DNA from: Eledone cirrhosa
Lineage: Eukaryota
DNA: 64,000 nucleotides
Direction of reading: 5' to 3'
Assembly: GCA_964016885.1 (NCBI GenBank)
Contig: OZ024742.1
Location: 50,468,001-50,532,000, forward strand
Program-made: the position numbers and the translations under genes
Part shown: positions 39,127 to 51,525 of the stretch, one piece after another
How positions within the stretch are numbered: position 1 is the stretch's first letter
Layout: every line of letters starts with the position of its first letter
Notes under the pieces: generated by a model
The model's database searches: none
Seen by the model: the letters and a program-made list of their open reading frames with translations, nothing else
Told to the model about the DNA's origin: nothing

Positions 39127-41840
39127 AACAAAGGAATTATGGTAAGGAACCAGATGGACGCACCAGAGTACTCAATACTTAGGGTAGTAGAGTGGGAAAT
39201 AGGAAACGGTATGACCGCGACGGCATAGCTCAAGCCGTTTCGGCGGCTATTTCTGGACTAAATTAGAATGTTTAGCCTGGTGAATAAATAGCCGAACTTG
39301 TCAATGGGGTACTTCCTTATATGGGAAGATTGTAGTTGTCAAGAGGATTGGTTAAAATTTGTTGTAAACACAAATATGTATATCATAGCATTTGGTGGGA
39401 GGTAGGGGTGGATGAACTTGCCTGTAGAACAATAGGGGAGTGAGTGGAGCGGTCAAGCGTTGAAGGTGATATGTATACAGCACATTCTAAGGATAGTGTA
39501 TGAAGTCGGACATAGGGAGAATCAGTAAAAAGGTCCTAGACCGAGTTTTACCAAAAGTTAATCAAAACGTGAGACTTAGCCTATGGGTCAGCACCCAGGA
39601 ACTAATCTCATGGGTCAGGAATATGGAGGACAAACGAGATACAACATTCATCCAGTTTGACATAGAGAATTACTATGCATCTATTACCTTACCGCTCCTT
39701 ACGCTTGGACTTTGCCAAAACACTCACACCCATCACTGAGCAGGAAATAAATATCATTCTCCACGCCAGGAAGACAGTCCTACTTTTCGACAACTCTTCG
39801 ACGTCAGTATGGGAGCGACGGATTCGGCCGAGGTCACAGATCTTACAGGATTATTCCTACTATTTAAACTCACCGAAATATTTCCTGCATTCGGCGGTGG
39901 ATTATACCGGTATGATCAGCTACTCATCCTCAAAGGGTACAACCCCAGTAGTACAGACCGGGTCCGTAAACAACTAATCAACTTCTTCCGGGACTGGGGA
40001 TTTAAAATAACCCTACAAACGTCCCTAACCCGAGTCAATTTTCTGGTCGTTACGCTTAACGTCGAAAATGATCTGTACTACCCATACAGGAAACCAAACG
40101 ACAACCTGCACTACAACCACCGCCGCTCTAACCATCCTAGAAACATCACCAATAACCTGGTTAAAAACATCTCCCTTCGCATATCTCGTTTCTCCGCTAA
40201 TGAGCAGATATTCGACGAACACGCACCTCATTACAACCAGGCCCTCTAGCGGAGTGGCTTCCGGGAGGAAATATCCTTTTATCCAGCTTCCCTTAGCGGA
40301 TCCAGCAGGCGACCACGCCGCTCTCGCAACGGAACGTGGTTCAATGCTCTCCATAATGCCGAAGTGGCAACACTTATCGGGAAAATATTCTTTAGACTCC
40401 TCGAAAAACACTTCCCACTACAACACCGCTATCACAACATAATCAACAAAAACACAATCAAACTCTCCTACAGCATCACACCTAACACCGCACAAAATAT
40501 CGTCTCCTCAAACAACAAAAAACTCAACCCCTATGGACGAAATAATCTAGACATCAGTGGCGACCGACCAGGAGGTGTAACTGCCCTGATAGATCTACGT
40601 GCCCCCTCAACAACAAATGCCGAGAACGTAACGTGATATACCAGTGCAACGTGAGGACGGACACCTCCAACAAAGCTTATATAGGATTAACCGCGTGTGA
40701 CTTCAAGAGCCGGCTCTACCAACACCGACATACTTTCTGAAACCCGGTCCGGCGACATGCCACTAAACCTTCGGGCCACATCTGGGACCTCCAAGATTAT
40801 AATATAACCTACAATCTCACTTGGAGCTTACTGTCCAGAGCTAACTCTTACACGGGAGGACGCCGTCCGTGTAACTTATGCTCGGAGGAAACATTACAAA
40901 TGGTGTTTTCGAAGGACCAACTCCTAAAAAAGAAAGACGAACAGGTAACTGCATGCAAACACAGACTGCCTAGGATGTATCTCGCCCTCAAACCCCATAA
41001 CGAATCGGGTGGGTGGGTAGACAAGGGTTGATAACCCCCCCCCACTTGCCGAATAAGTTAGGAGAAACCCCAGCTTAAATAGGTAGATGTATCTCTTTTC
41101 CTTTCCTCTGTGTCTTCTTCTTCCCCCTATCTCATCCTATCACTTCCTTCCACCCCTATTTTCCTCCTCGTCTGCTTTTCCCCTTTCGTCTACCCCGATG
41201 CAGCCCATCGGGCCTTTGTAGCATCAATACCCCCACCCCAGTAATTTTCCGAATACGTTTTACTAACTACTTATAGCAGATGTATTAAAACACCTTTAAT
41301 TTTGTAACAGTTTTGTTATTACTCATTCTACAAGTTTTTTCTATTCTCAACTTATTAACCTGTAATTGTAAGATAGCATTGTGATTTTTTTAAATTCATT
41401 TCGCACTATCTAATGTTATATATTTTGTTTATTTCTTTCTATTATCTTTTATTGTCTCCTACTCTGATTCGATTTAACTATTCTATAACCTCCCTCCTCC
41501 ACTTCATACACTATCCTTAGAATATGCTGTATACATATCAGCTTCAACGCTTGACCGCTCCACTCACTCCTCTATTGTTCTACAGGCTGACTGGCTTTCT
41601 TCACTCCCTCTTTGTTCTACCGGCAAGTTCAGCCACCCCTACCTCCCACCAATTGCCATGATAGACTTATTTGTGTTTACAACAAATTTTAACCAATCCT
41701 CTTGACAACTACAATCTTCCCATATAAGGAAGTACTCCCTTGCCATGTTCGTCTATTTATTCACCAGGCTAAAAATTCTAATTTAGTCCAGAAATAGCCG
41801 TCGAAACGGCTTGAGCTCTGCTGTCGGGGTCATACTTTTT

Positions 41841-41845
<5 letters not shown>
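39127..41845 (+). mobile_element. Penelope-like element (Hydra-clade-like, second family), fold-back: 39200-39507 inverted against 41500-41845, tail 39127-39200
   Basis: Frameshifted ORF: FIQFDIENYY, MGATDSAEVTDL, GGLYRYD, NFLVVTL, SNHP, KHFP..H..IINKNTIKLSYS, CNC..CPL, YIGLT..FKSR, CNLC.EE, CKH. Confidence 0.88.
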
Positions 41846-41873
<28 letters not shown>

Positions 41874-41875
<2 letters not shown>

Positions 41876-42582
41876 CATATGAATAAAGTTAGTACTTCAT
41901 CAGTGATCTTCCAACCATCATTGGTATTTCATCGCTTTAAAGACCATATACCTCCGGTTGGTGCGAGAAACAGCTAAAAAAAGTCGTTGGGACACGTAAA
42001 TAAAGGGGACACGAGTGTAAACAAAAAAAATGGTGAGCAACGAAAAGTGAGGAAGAAGAAGTCAAGTCCCAAATTTCTATGAATTTAAATTCGGTGAAAT
42101 CCTGAACGAGAGAGAATAAAGACCATCAAACCTGGTTGGAATGTAAGCAATGAAGGAATTCCGTACAGGTCTAACGTGAGTTCTGTGAAATCGTAGACGA
42201 GAGAGAGAAAAAATACGACCTGCTAGACGAAGAGTGCGAAAGAAAAGAATTACGCACAGGTCAAACGGGAAGAAGGAGGAGGAGGAGAGGTAGTAACAGA
42301 GAATGAGTGAGTGAAGGGTTAGGAAGAGGCTAACAGAGTGAATGACTGCTAGAGAGGGTAAAGATACAAAGAAAGAGGAAGCAGTAAGAACGAAATAGAC
42401 GTGTAACAGCGGGGAAAACAATATGTGTAAATATGAAAATAAACGTGCTGCGGCGTTGCTAATGGGTTACATATGAATAAAGTTACTCCTTCATCAGTGA
42501 TCATCCAACCATCATTGGTATTTCATCGCTTTAAAGACCATATACCTCCGATTGGTGCCAGCAACGGCTAAAAAAGTCGTTG
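41874..42582 (-). mobile_element. Non-coding (TA)n-inserted element, ~1.2 tandem units of ~594 bp; same family as 22844-23870
   Basis: TCATCAGTGA at 41897 and 42491; internal sequence aligns to 22890-23420. Confidence 0.8.
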
Positions 42583-42613
<31 letters not shown>

Positions 42614-42621
42614 CATATATA

Positions 42622-42733
42622 AATGTTTCTACTTTTGGCACAAATCCACCAATTACCCAGTGCATTACTGGAACTTTATTTTATCCATCCCGTAATGATG
42701 AAAAACAAAGTTATCCTCGGCTGGATTTGAACT
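42622..42733 (-). mobile_element. 5'-truncated SINE
   Basis: TGTTTCTACTTTTGGCACAA..GGATTTGAAC. Confidence 0.7.
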
Positions 42734-43239
42734 TTGTTTCGTGTTCATAATTTTCCTCATAACACTGCTAATGATGTTGGTACTTCATTGATTTATACTT
42801 CATGGCCCATCTAGTTATTGGGGAAATCATTTGGAGTTTGAGCTGAACTCTGTGTTTTGTTCATATAATGGTTGTTCTTTTTCATACTGATGAATTTCTT
42901 GTGAGTTAACTCGGACACATTCTTTTTGTGATATACTACATCTTTGTTGCATTTATGTCTTCTATTCTAAACTTAGGTTTTCTAATATCAAATGTACTGC
43001 AAATTGAGACATATTTAATTTTCTATATTATATTATATTTTAAGATATATTTCTATAATATCATATTGTTGCATTACATTTGATATTTTTGTGGGTGTTT
43101 ATTACTATCAATTTCTACATGTTAGTTTTCCTTATTGGCTTGGTGTAGGTACTTTTAGTCCTAATAGTGTAGATACTGTCTTTCGAAACTTCTTTTAGTT
43201 AAATACCATGGTGTGTCTTCTTCTTCCTCTTCTCCTCTC

Positions 43240-43364
<125 letters not shown>

Positions 43365-43692
43365 TGTGCATGTGTGTGTGCTAGAGTGAGAAATAACATT
43401 TTTATCTTATTTTCAATATACGGCAAAGCCAGCATAACTCGCTCGGTGTGCAAATGAAGCTACTCAGGCGGTGTATACTTAAGAAAATACTATACATTTT
43501 CAACGGTTCAACACATTGGCCGAGAGCTATACAGTTCTGGTGAAGGGTAATGAGTCAGAAACATATTGATTGTTCATCAAAGCCAGTATTGAACAAGACT
43601 GTTAGTATTTGGTGAGCCTTGCATGAATTAAACTAAATATAACATGTTATGTCACATGAGAAATACATTAAACTCCCGAATAATTACTTATC

Positions 43693-43781
43693 TTCTTCTT
43701 CTTCTTCTTCTTCTTCTTCTTCTTCTTCTTCTTCTTCTTCTTCTTCTTCTTCTTCTTCTTCTTCTTCTTCTTCTTCTTCTT
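43693..43781. repeat. (TTC)n microsatellite
   Basis: Direct reading. Confidence 0.95.
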
Positions 43782-44206
43782 CATGATGCTGTTGTGCAAA
43801 TGCTTTATCTCTTTTTTCTCGCGGCAATTCGTGGAATATTGTCAAATATATTGTTAGCTAGTCAAAACTAATATTCAACGTTACCAGGAAGTGGCCTTTC
43901 TGCAACAACTCTTTCCCTCAGACTACATGTTGTTGTTGATACATTTGTGCTGTTTCGTTTACCTATCCTGATGTCAAATGAAATGTCTATGGTCAGAAAT
44001 GACCTTATCCTAAACTCTTATGTCTGACAAATTTGTTCAAACTATTATTTATATTCGTCAATATTGTAAAGTTCCACGAAAGATTCCTATCTGCAGATTC
44101 CAGTACTTTCACTGGCTTGTGGTTGTACCATTCACTAAAACACTATTCAGCAAAATCCCAATGAATATCGTCATTCTTTATTACCTCCTTATTTTCTTTA
44201 CAGTCA

Positions 44207-45065
44207 GTCATCCTGTGAACGTGGGACGGGCTGGGACTTAGCCCAGTAGACGTGCCTCCTCCTTCTACCCCTATTGACGTCAAGTCTCCTCATCGCACTT
44301 GGGATAACATCCAGTGCAGCCAGGCCTCAGACAGGCTCACGCGCGAGCTCGACCAGCACCGCCTTGCCTGTTTTCGTGCGGCCTCCAAACCTCACAGTGG
44401 TGTCTGGCTCCATGCCCGGCCCTCCTTCTCCACTGACACGCAGCTAGACAACCAAAGCCTGCGAATCGGCGTTTCCCTGAGGCTGGGCCTCCGGATCTGC
44501 CAGCCACACCAATGTCGTTGCGGTTCCACGGTGGACGCTTTCGGCCTCCACCCACTTTCCTGTCGCCACAGTGCCGGCCGCATTCCACTCCATGCTGCCC
44601 TCAACGAGGTCATTAAGCATCGCTTGGACGCTGCAGGCTTCCCTTCCCAGCTCGATTCGGTGGGGCTGGATAGAGAGGACGACAAAAGGACAGATGGCAT
44701 GACCATCTTCCCGTCTCGCGGTGGAAAACCCCTCGTCTGGGATGCCACTTGCACCGATACTTTCTGCAGCCGGAACCTAGTGCAGCCTGCGACGACCCCG
44801 GTTCTGCTGCACGTCGGGCTGAGGTGGCCAAACTGCTCAAATACCGGTCGCTCTCCGACAGGTTTGCGGTCGCAGCCCCGGCAGTGGAGACTTCTACTGT
44901 CCTCCGCCTCAGGGCTATCACCCTATTCACACCATAGGCGCTGAGCTGACCAGCCGCAAGTGTGAGCCCCGCGAGTTGGAGTCGCTTTTCCAGCGCGTCT
45001 CCCTTGCCGTTTTCCGGGGAAACGCCTTCTCCATTCTGTCCACTGGGGCTGTGGTTGGGCCCCAT
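44207..45065 (+). mobile_element. CRE-like RLE non-LTR retrotransposon, 3' fragment (zinc knuckle + restriction-like endonuclease)
   Basis: ORF 44252-44944: SGVWLHARP..LRLGL..CRCG..D.FGLHPLSC..GR..H..LN..KRTDG..LVWDATCTDT; GC-rich island. Confidence 0.8.
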
Positions 45066-45199
45066 CGAGTATCGTTGTAGTTGTTGTATACAGATATTAA
45101 CTCATCAATTCTATTGTCCTAATAATATATATATACTAACCACGTATTGATCTTAAGAAGCTAAACAGCTCTATTTTCACACAATATATTTAACCCGAT

Positions 45200-45420
45200 T
45201 AAGTTCCCGCCACCAATAGCTCTCTTTCCTTAAAGCTGATCTACATCTGCTTGTGTATGATGGATTCCATGCATAGTTAGTAGCCTCTTGGTTTTCCTAT
45301 ACATTTCCTGCAATGCTGGCTTTGTTTTAACTAAAACAATTGCATCATATCGAATTATCGACACTACTTGAGAATTTATAGCTGATATGATGTTTCTTCC
45401 ATTCGACTTAGACCTCAACA
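45200..45420 (-). mobile_element. Diverged R4/Dong internal fragment next to (CTA)n
   Basis: LRSKSNGRNIISAINSQVVSIIRY..RKTKRLLTMHG.HH..ADVDQL. Confidence 0.7.
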
Positions 45421-45421
45421 T

Positions 45422-45475
<54 letters not shown>

Positions 45476-45509
45476 AACTACTACCATTATTATTATTGTT
45501 ATTATTAAA

Positions 45510-45683
45510 GGAGGTGGATAGGCAGTATCTTTAGAGATTTGGACACTATGCTTTGCGACATAGAATTATAGCACATTACGTTCTGATTTGAAATCTCTTG
45601 CATTCCATCCTTACGTGGTCAATAACGTAAAGTAGCTGTAACGCACTGGGGTTGATGTAGTCGACTTTACTTTCCCCAAAATT
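45510..45683 (+). mobile_element. Diverged SINE
   Basis: GGAGGTGGATAGGCAGTATC..GGGGTTGATGTAGTCGAC. Confidence 0.6.
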
Positions 45684-45686
45684 ATT

Positions 45687-48495
45687 GGCTGTCAGACAGT
45701 GTAGACACAAAAGTGGTATTATTATGTGAAAAGTGTCGTAAGACTCCCGCCGTTGCCATGTGAACGGAGACGCTATAATATTTGGGACTTTTGGCCCAAA
45801 TAGTTAAACTTTGTGTATTTAAAAGAAAATTATCGAACAAATAAACATGGTTGAGCCACGCCGAAACGGTAGGTCTGCTGTCATGTGATAGAGGCTTAAG
45901 CGTTGAGAGAAGGTATACGGCGACCACAAAAATGTATGACATAAACACCACCACAAACAACATGAACAACTACAGCAACAGTGAGAACACTAACCTAAAT
46001 GACAACACCAACCACAGCAGTACCACCGTAAACCAAAAGAAACAATGAGAACAAAACAAGGTAATTAACAACACCAACAAGAATATGAACAGTGACAGCA
46101 CCAATAGCAACAAAACCAACTGCACCGAAAACAACAACAGCGGCACCAAAGAGAAAACCAACTGCAACAGCGACAACATCATCAACATTAACAAGAACAA
46201 CGACAACAACAACAACGACAAGCCCAGCAACACCACCAACAACAATAAGAACATGTTCGCTGCGGTAGCAGCTAAAAAGAATCCATGCTTCAGCATTGAC
46301 CTCGCGAAAAAAGATGAAAAGTAGGCTAGGCATGGAATCTCATGAAGCAAGATCAAACCTGCGCCAACTTAACTCTTCTGGCAGAAGCCATTAAAGCAGT
46401 AGAGCGTAGGACGGTTCATTTCACATGCATCTCGCAGAAACAAAGAGAGCAGCTTTAATTGCTCAGGAAGATATTGAAGCTGATGTGTATCACGGATGAC
46501 ACTGAGTACATAGCGAGGGGAAGACACTATTGCACCATTTCTGTGCGGTTTAAGTCAGAAGCCCTCGCTATAAAACATGCAATGACCCTTTGGAAAACCC
46601 ACAAGGTCATTATGTACCTCTCCCACATGAGTAAACGAACGGTTTGTCTCCGCATTACCAGGATTACACCAGGACTTGACATGTTGTGGCTCCTGGGATG
46701 CGTGATTTTAGAGTGGACAGATACCGTCCCGATAGAGGTTACAAGAATTGCCAGGGAGGACCGATCAAAGTTTGGCCTGGAGATACTTATCCAGATGAGG
46801 CCCGAGAATGTAAAAACAATCCCTGACAACATCCGCCTCCAGGGGACAGTGGTACATATAATGACTGGAGACAAAAGGCCGCATTGCTTCTTTTGCGATG
46901 ATACAACCCATTTGCGAGCCTTCTGCCCTCAACAGCTGAGAAGTGTAAGGGGGCAAATGCATCCATGCTGCCGCCGCCGGGGCGAGGACCACCACGCACA
47001 ACAGAACCGGCAAAACCACCATCAACAGCACCAATGGAAACGCCACCACCAACATTGGCCACCCAGGAAGGAAAAAAAAGGAAAGCTCCCACCTCCACCC
47101 TCCCCACAAAAAAACATACATGAACAAAAGCATAAAAATACACAGACACTGACAAACTTACAGCCACAGACCTCTAATCTTCCAGTAGTGAAGACGAGGG
47201 AAAACTAAAATCCCCCTAAAAGAAAAAAAGAAAACAACACCATCTCCATATATACTGCCTAAACGGTGAATAGGTGTTGTCGCCGTTTATCAGACAGGCC
47301 TTTCCGCAGCCCGTCTCTTTCACTGAGCTGCAGTCCTGGGTCAAGAAGACCCGAGACTGGGTGACAGGTATCTGTTGCCAGGCACTAACTGCCTTCTATC
47401 AAGCGAGTAATGCGGTCAGTGGAACTTACACTCTCGACTTCTATAGAGGATTAGCGGTGCCTAAACGGTGAACAGGTGTGGTCACCGTTTTTCAGACGGG
47501 CCTTTCCGCAGCTCGTTTCTTTGACTGAGCTGCAGTCCTGGGTCAAGAAGAGACCGAGACTGGGTGACTGGCATCTGGAATGTGGCCAGGAACTCACTGC
47601 CCTCTACCAGGCGGGCAATGCGGTCAGTGGAACTTACAATCTCGAGTTCTATAGGTAATTGGTGGTGGAAACGTGCGATGACGCACATGGAGAGTTTCTA
47701 GGCGTCGACGAAGTCGAACTGACAAGCCTGTTCTGGATGAATTTCGAACCGGGACCGATGGATATCTTCCAGAAAACCCTCGCTTGTAAGGCTTCTTAGT
47801 GTTACCTGGAGGAACTGTCTGTTCGAGATAAACTCTAGAGGCTTGGCAGTGCTGTAAGACGGACCAGCCCGAGATGCACGCAGAGCGACAAAACTGTTCT
47901 GCACGTCCAGTATCCGTACATTACTCACTGGTGGAGTTATGTCGAACAGCTGTTGTCGTTTGTAGAACGGAACCGGCTATCAGACGAGTCCATAGTGGAA
48001 ATCGACTCGCCACCTTTTTTTGGCAAGGAAGGGCATGCAATTTTCTTATGCCTGGTAGCAGTAGCGAAAGATATTGTATGGTAGACAAGATTGAAAGGAC
48101 TCAAGACAGACACTTTTCTCTTCGGCAATCCCTCATCAAGTTTTTCAAATCTCACTTTGAATGGAAGGTGACGGTGGAGAGAGAAGTGCTGCCCGCAAGT
48201 ACATTTGTTAAAAGGTAGGTCAATATAGTAATAATGTCCCCTGTGAGTGGGCATACTCTCATTATGCGCCTGTGACTGGTCAGTTTGAGGAGGAGAGGGG
48301 TGCCATTCCCGGGTGCTCCTGAACCATCGGGTGATTCAGGATTGGCCCCACTTTTGGGGAATTTCATTGTTGTATTTTTCTTGTTATTGTTATTGTTTTC
48401 CTCTTTTTTACTCAATTGTGTAAAACGCCCACTGTCCCCGTCTTCTGTATTATCCTCTATATGTCGGCCATTGTGGCCAATAAATGAAATCATTA
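45687..48495 (+). mobile_element. Second Tx1/L1-like LINE, internally deleted (ORF1 joined to the ORF2 C-terminus), with a ~200 bp tandem duplication
   Basis: ORF1 46459-47208 with CCHC; 47258-47458 repeated at 47459-47655 (WSPF..FPQLVSLTELQSW, as in 5849-6514); 3' UTR similar to 6590-6760. Confidence 0.8.
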
Positions 48496-49228
48496 TTGTT
48501 ATTATTATCCACATCATCATTTTATAAATCGAACAATATTATATGAGATTTTACAGTAAGGCCATGTATATTAAGTGTAAACAGCTTTGTCATCTAGCAA
48601 TGCCTGTCTGTATTTGTATTACTACACAGTATGTTTGATTTCGGAGTTGACTATGTTATTTCTGGTGTTATTTTAACGCTTTTTCTGCTACTTCGAATAT
48701 GTATTCTGTCATTTCGTTGGATTTGTTGCGCTTCATTAATGTTGTCCTATTCTTGTTATCTATCGTAGTATCAGCTTTCAGTATAGATCATGTGATGTGT
48801 GGTTTGTGTAGTATTAATGGTTTGCAGCTGTATTTAGTGTGAGCTCTCAGCGATGTTTATACTTTAGTGTCTGGTATAGTTTATATAAGGATGCTATTCG
48901 TGTTTCAAAATATCCTACGAAATAACCGGAAAATGCGCTCAACTTAATAGCTGTAGTAGTAGTATTACTAATAAAACTAAACACCCGCTATAATTATGTT
49001 TGTTTTCCAACCCTAAATGAACGATCCAATATATTTACACACCCTTCACACCCATGAATGTAACAATAAAATAGTCAATGAAAAATATATTCAGATCAAT
49101 GTCCTCCATTGAATTTTAAACCAACATTTTGGTATAGAAAATGTTCCCTTATAACGTATAAATATATTACTACTTACTTATTTTCTAACCTATTACCACC
49201 AAAATCAACATTATTATTATTATGATTT

Positions 49229-49605
49229 GGTGGTGGATTGGCAGTATCCGTAGAAGGTCGGACGCACTGCTTTCCAGCATAGTTACGTCCCTTTACGATC
49301 TGAGTTCAAATCCCGCCGAGGTTGACTTTGCATTTTATCCTTACGATAAAATAAAGTACGAGTAATGCACTGGGTAATTGCTGACCTTGTGCCAAAAGTA
49401 GAAACAATTATTATTATGATTTGGCAGTATCGGTAGAGCGTGAGAAACCATGCTTTTCAGCATAGAGTTATGACCCTATACGTCATGAATTCAAATCCCG
49501 CCGGGCTTACCTTTGCTTTTCATCTTTGCGGGTCGATAAAACAAGGCACCAGTAATGCACTGAAGCAATTAATGACCTTGTGCCAAAAGTAGAAACTATT
49601 ATTAT
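49229..49605 (+). mobile_element. Two head-to-tail SINE copies with (TTA) tails
   Basis: 49229-49416 and 49418-49605; both have box A/B and the family 3' end. Confidence 0.85.
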
Positions 49606-49616
49606 TATTATTGTTA

Positions 49617-51450
49617 TTCTTTGAGTCTCAGTCATTGATGTTAGTTAACTGGAAAGTTTGTCGAAAAGAATATCAAGCCACTACCTGCAGCCTCAGATAT
49701 TCAGGACATATCGGACGTTTCTTGTTGTTCCCAGCAAGCATGCCTTTTGAAGTGTTCCAAAAAGCGGGTTTGGACTAATTTTTTTAACCATTCTTGGAAA
49801 CACTTTGAGATAGTACCTAGTGCATTTATGACAATCGGGACGACCTTGATTTCATGGCAGTTCGAAATCTTTTTTAACTCCCACTTTAAATCCAGGTATT
49901 GGTTAACTTTCTCCCTCTCTTTTTCATGTACTCTCGTGTCAAATGGGCAGGCTGCATATAGAATCAGGCACGATCTTTTTTTCCTTGTCCAAAACCACCA
50001 GGTCAGGCTTATTGTGTTCTAATTGTTGTCCGTCTGTATCCTAAAATCCCACAGCACCTTCACCTGATGGTTTTCTATCACCGACTCTGGCTTATGCTCA
50101 TACAACTTCTCAGAATGTGGTAAATTGTTTAGTTTGCATAGATGCCAGTGGATCACTCTGCCTATCATATGTCACTTGCCTTTATAGTGATCCTAGGTTA
50201 GTAGTTTACACTCGGATACAATGTGAGCCACAGTCTTCTGTCTCTCTCCACAGACACTACACAGTGAGCTAGCACCTTCTTGTCAATATGGTGTTTCACC
50301 CACTTCGTTCTGAGGGCTTGCTCATGCGCTGCATTAGCATTCTGTAGCTTTTTAAGGTATCCTCTTTTTAACCAGTTCCATGCCTGTAGATCTCTAAATT
50401 CCATTTTCTTAAAGAAGGTGCTATAAAGGAAATTTCATGAAGGTTGCTCTTCCTCCTTGTTGTTATTTCCTCCTTGGACATCTCCTTGTTTATTGTCTTC
50501 TCCTTCAGTACAATTTTGAGCATTGGCTCCCTACTGTCAGCCACATATTTGTGTAGGTTGTTTTTCTCCATCTGAACCCAGTCCTCTATGCTGATAAGAC
50601 CTCTTCCACCTTCAGATCTCTTCAAGTAGAGTCTATCAACATCACTCCTCTTATGGAACATTTTGTAAATAGTCATTAGCTTCCTAGTCTTCCTATCACT
50701 TTCTTCTTGTTCAGCAACATTCCATTTCAGAATGCCCGCACTGTACCTAATAATAGACACAGCTTGGGAATTTACTGCACTTATGACAGTCCTACTATTT
50801 AGATGTGAGTTTAATATGTTCCTTACTCTCCTTATATATTCAGATCTTATCAATTCCTTCATTTTTTTTGTTCTTGATGTCATCAGCCTCCAGAATACCC
50901 AAATAATTGTATCCTTCCTCAGTGTTAATTTCCTTTATCATCTCACCTGTTGGTACCTGGATTCCGTTGCTACTGCTCAATTTACCCCCTTTAAATCACC
51001 AGGACTACACACTTATTAACACCAAATTACATACATATATCATTGCTGAACATACGGACAGTGTAAACAAGTACATCCAACTCATCCTCCCTCTTCCGAA
51101 AGAGTTTAAGAACGTCCATGAAGAGATGGTGGTTGATGGTAAGCTCTCCTCTTCCCAACTTGTATCCTGCTCTCACTTTTCGCAATAAGATGGACAAGGT
51201 TATGAGGGGACAAACAAGAAAGGTAACAAACTATCTCCCTGGAAGATACCTCTCTTGATCTTCACGCCTACCAAGGATTCTCCACCTGGTGTTAACTCTG
51301 TTTCCTAGGACTTCATACTTTTACTTAATGGCTTTCTAATGTTGTCTTTCCACCTTGAAGATCTCTAGGTTTTGGTTATCCAAGAATGAGGTACAATGTC
51401 GAATGATTTTTTTAATCTATCCATCGAATGGCATAGCAGTGTGCCTCCTC
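49617..51450 (-). mobile_element. R4/Dong-like element, 5'-truncated, older subfamily
   Basis: RT-thumb ORF 50368-50883, RLE and 3' UTR aligned to neighbours; flanked by (TTA)n. Confidence 0.88.
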
Positions 51451-51522
<72 letters not shown>

Positions 51523-51525
<3 letters not shown>

